Of a stretch of DNA of 39,774 nucleotides, positions 39,384 through 39,774 are shown one piece after another (within the stretch, counting starts at the first letter, position 1; the number at the start of each line of letters is the position of its first letter). Location of the stretch: assembly GCA_963638955.1 (NCBI GenBank), contig CAVHTL010000001.1, positions 8,357-48,130 on the forward strand, written 5' to 3'. A program made the position numbers and the translations under genes. The DNA comes from a bacterium. Lineage in GTDB: Bacteria; Bacillota_I; Bacilli_A; RFN20; CAG-826. Below the pieces are notes generated by a model, which worked only from the letters and a program-made list of their open reading frames with translations, did no database searches and had not been told where the DNA came from.

Positions 39384-39630
39384 GGTGCCATATACACCGT
39401 CAAGCTGTTCTCGATCATCAGGACCGCGATCATCAACGGCCTGGGTCCGTACCGCTACCTCAAATACATTTTGGAGAACATAAAAAGCAAACCCGTCGAC
39501 GACTTGCTGCCTTACTCCAGAGCCATGGAAAAATTGCTTTGAATCCTGCCTTTTCCTCCATTTGGGGAATGGCCCTGCCGTCTGTATAGATGGCTTTTTT
39601 CCTACGGGGGTGTTAAATAACGACGTTTAC
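39384..39630 (+). mobile_element. 3'-terminal remnant of an IS66-family element (transposase C-terminal ~52 codons plus right inverted repeat)
   Basis: The frame ending at TGA 39540-39542 reads GAIYTVKLFSIIRTAIINGLGPYRYLKYILENIKSKPVDDLLPYS, like IS66 TnpC C-termini (..NGLNPY.YL...L..LLPW). The element end at 39630 reads 5'-GTAAACGTCG... on the complement, matching the GTAA start of IS66 IRs. There is no upstream transposase body. Confidence 0.6.
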
Positions 39631-39674
39631 ATTTCTAAATTGCTGATTTAAGGGAAAGGTAAGGCACATATCCA

Positions 39675-39713
39675 AATAAAAAAGGCTTGATAACTTATAG
39701 TAAGTATCAAACC
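39675..39713 (-). terminator. Rho-independent terminator for a - strand gene lying right of the window
   Basis: On the - strand, GGTTTGATACTTA/TAAGTTATCAAGCC forms a 14-bp arm with 2 mismatches, followed by TTTTTTATTT. Confidence 0.45.
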
Positions 39714-39774
39714 ATTGCTTTCTAAATGTGTGTAAAAAGTTCAAATGATACAAATGATTAAAAATACCATAGGT

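Overview
39.8-kb chromosomal window from a Bacillota (Firmicutes)-type bacterium. The phylum is inferred from Bacillus-like gene order; the code is standard, with TGA used as a stop. Most of the window is core translation and transcription machinery, all on the + strand. It starts with the distal spc and alpha ribosomal-protein operons (rplF partial, rplR, rpsE, rplO, secY, adk, map, infA, rpmJ, rpsM, rpsK, rpoA, rplQ). A housekeeping stretch follows: a LemA + DUF3137-like membrane pair, adenosine deaminase, cyclophilin, two HAD phosphatases, cysS, rlmB and a divergent SigH-like sigma factor. Then come rpmG-secE-nusG, rplK-rplA-rplJ-rplL-methyltransferase-rpoB-rpoC, a zinc-ribbon membrane protein, and rpsL-rpsG-fusA-tuf. 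Two AT-richer accessory insertions interrupt this layout. (i) A ~5-kb island sits in the normally contiguous nusG-rplK junction. It carries an alpha/beta hydrolase and an orphan AAA+/wHTH ATPase on the - strand, a 4 x 10-bp tandem repeat, three TATGAA-N6-TTCATA operators, a Cys-free SmtB/CzrA-like ArsR repressor and an HMA-less CPC-type P1B metal ATPase. (ii) Downstream of tuf lies an overlapping two-gene module (DUF3990-like protein + partner with a C-terminal XRE HTH), butted against a truncated IS66-family transposon end. Module (ii) is my best candidate for an uncharacterised toxin-antitoxin or defence-type system. The orphan ATPase with its iteron-like repeats is the second. No rRNA, tRNA or CRISPR array was found. 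All family assignments come from motif recognition by eye, not from database searches.
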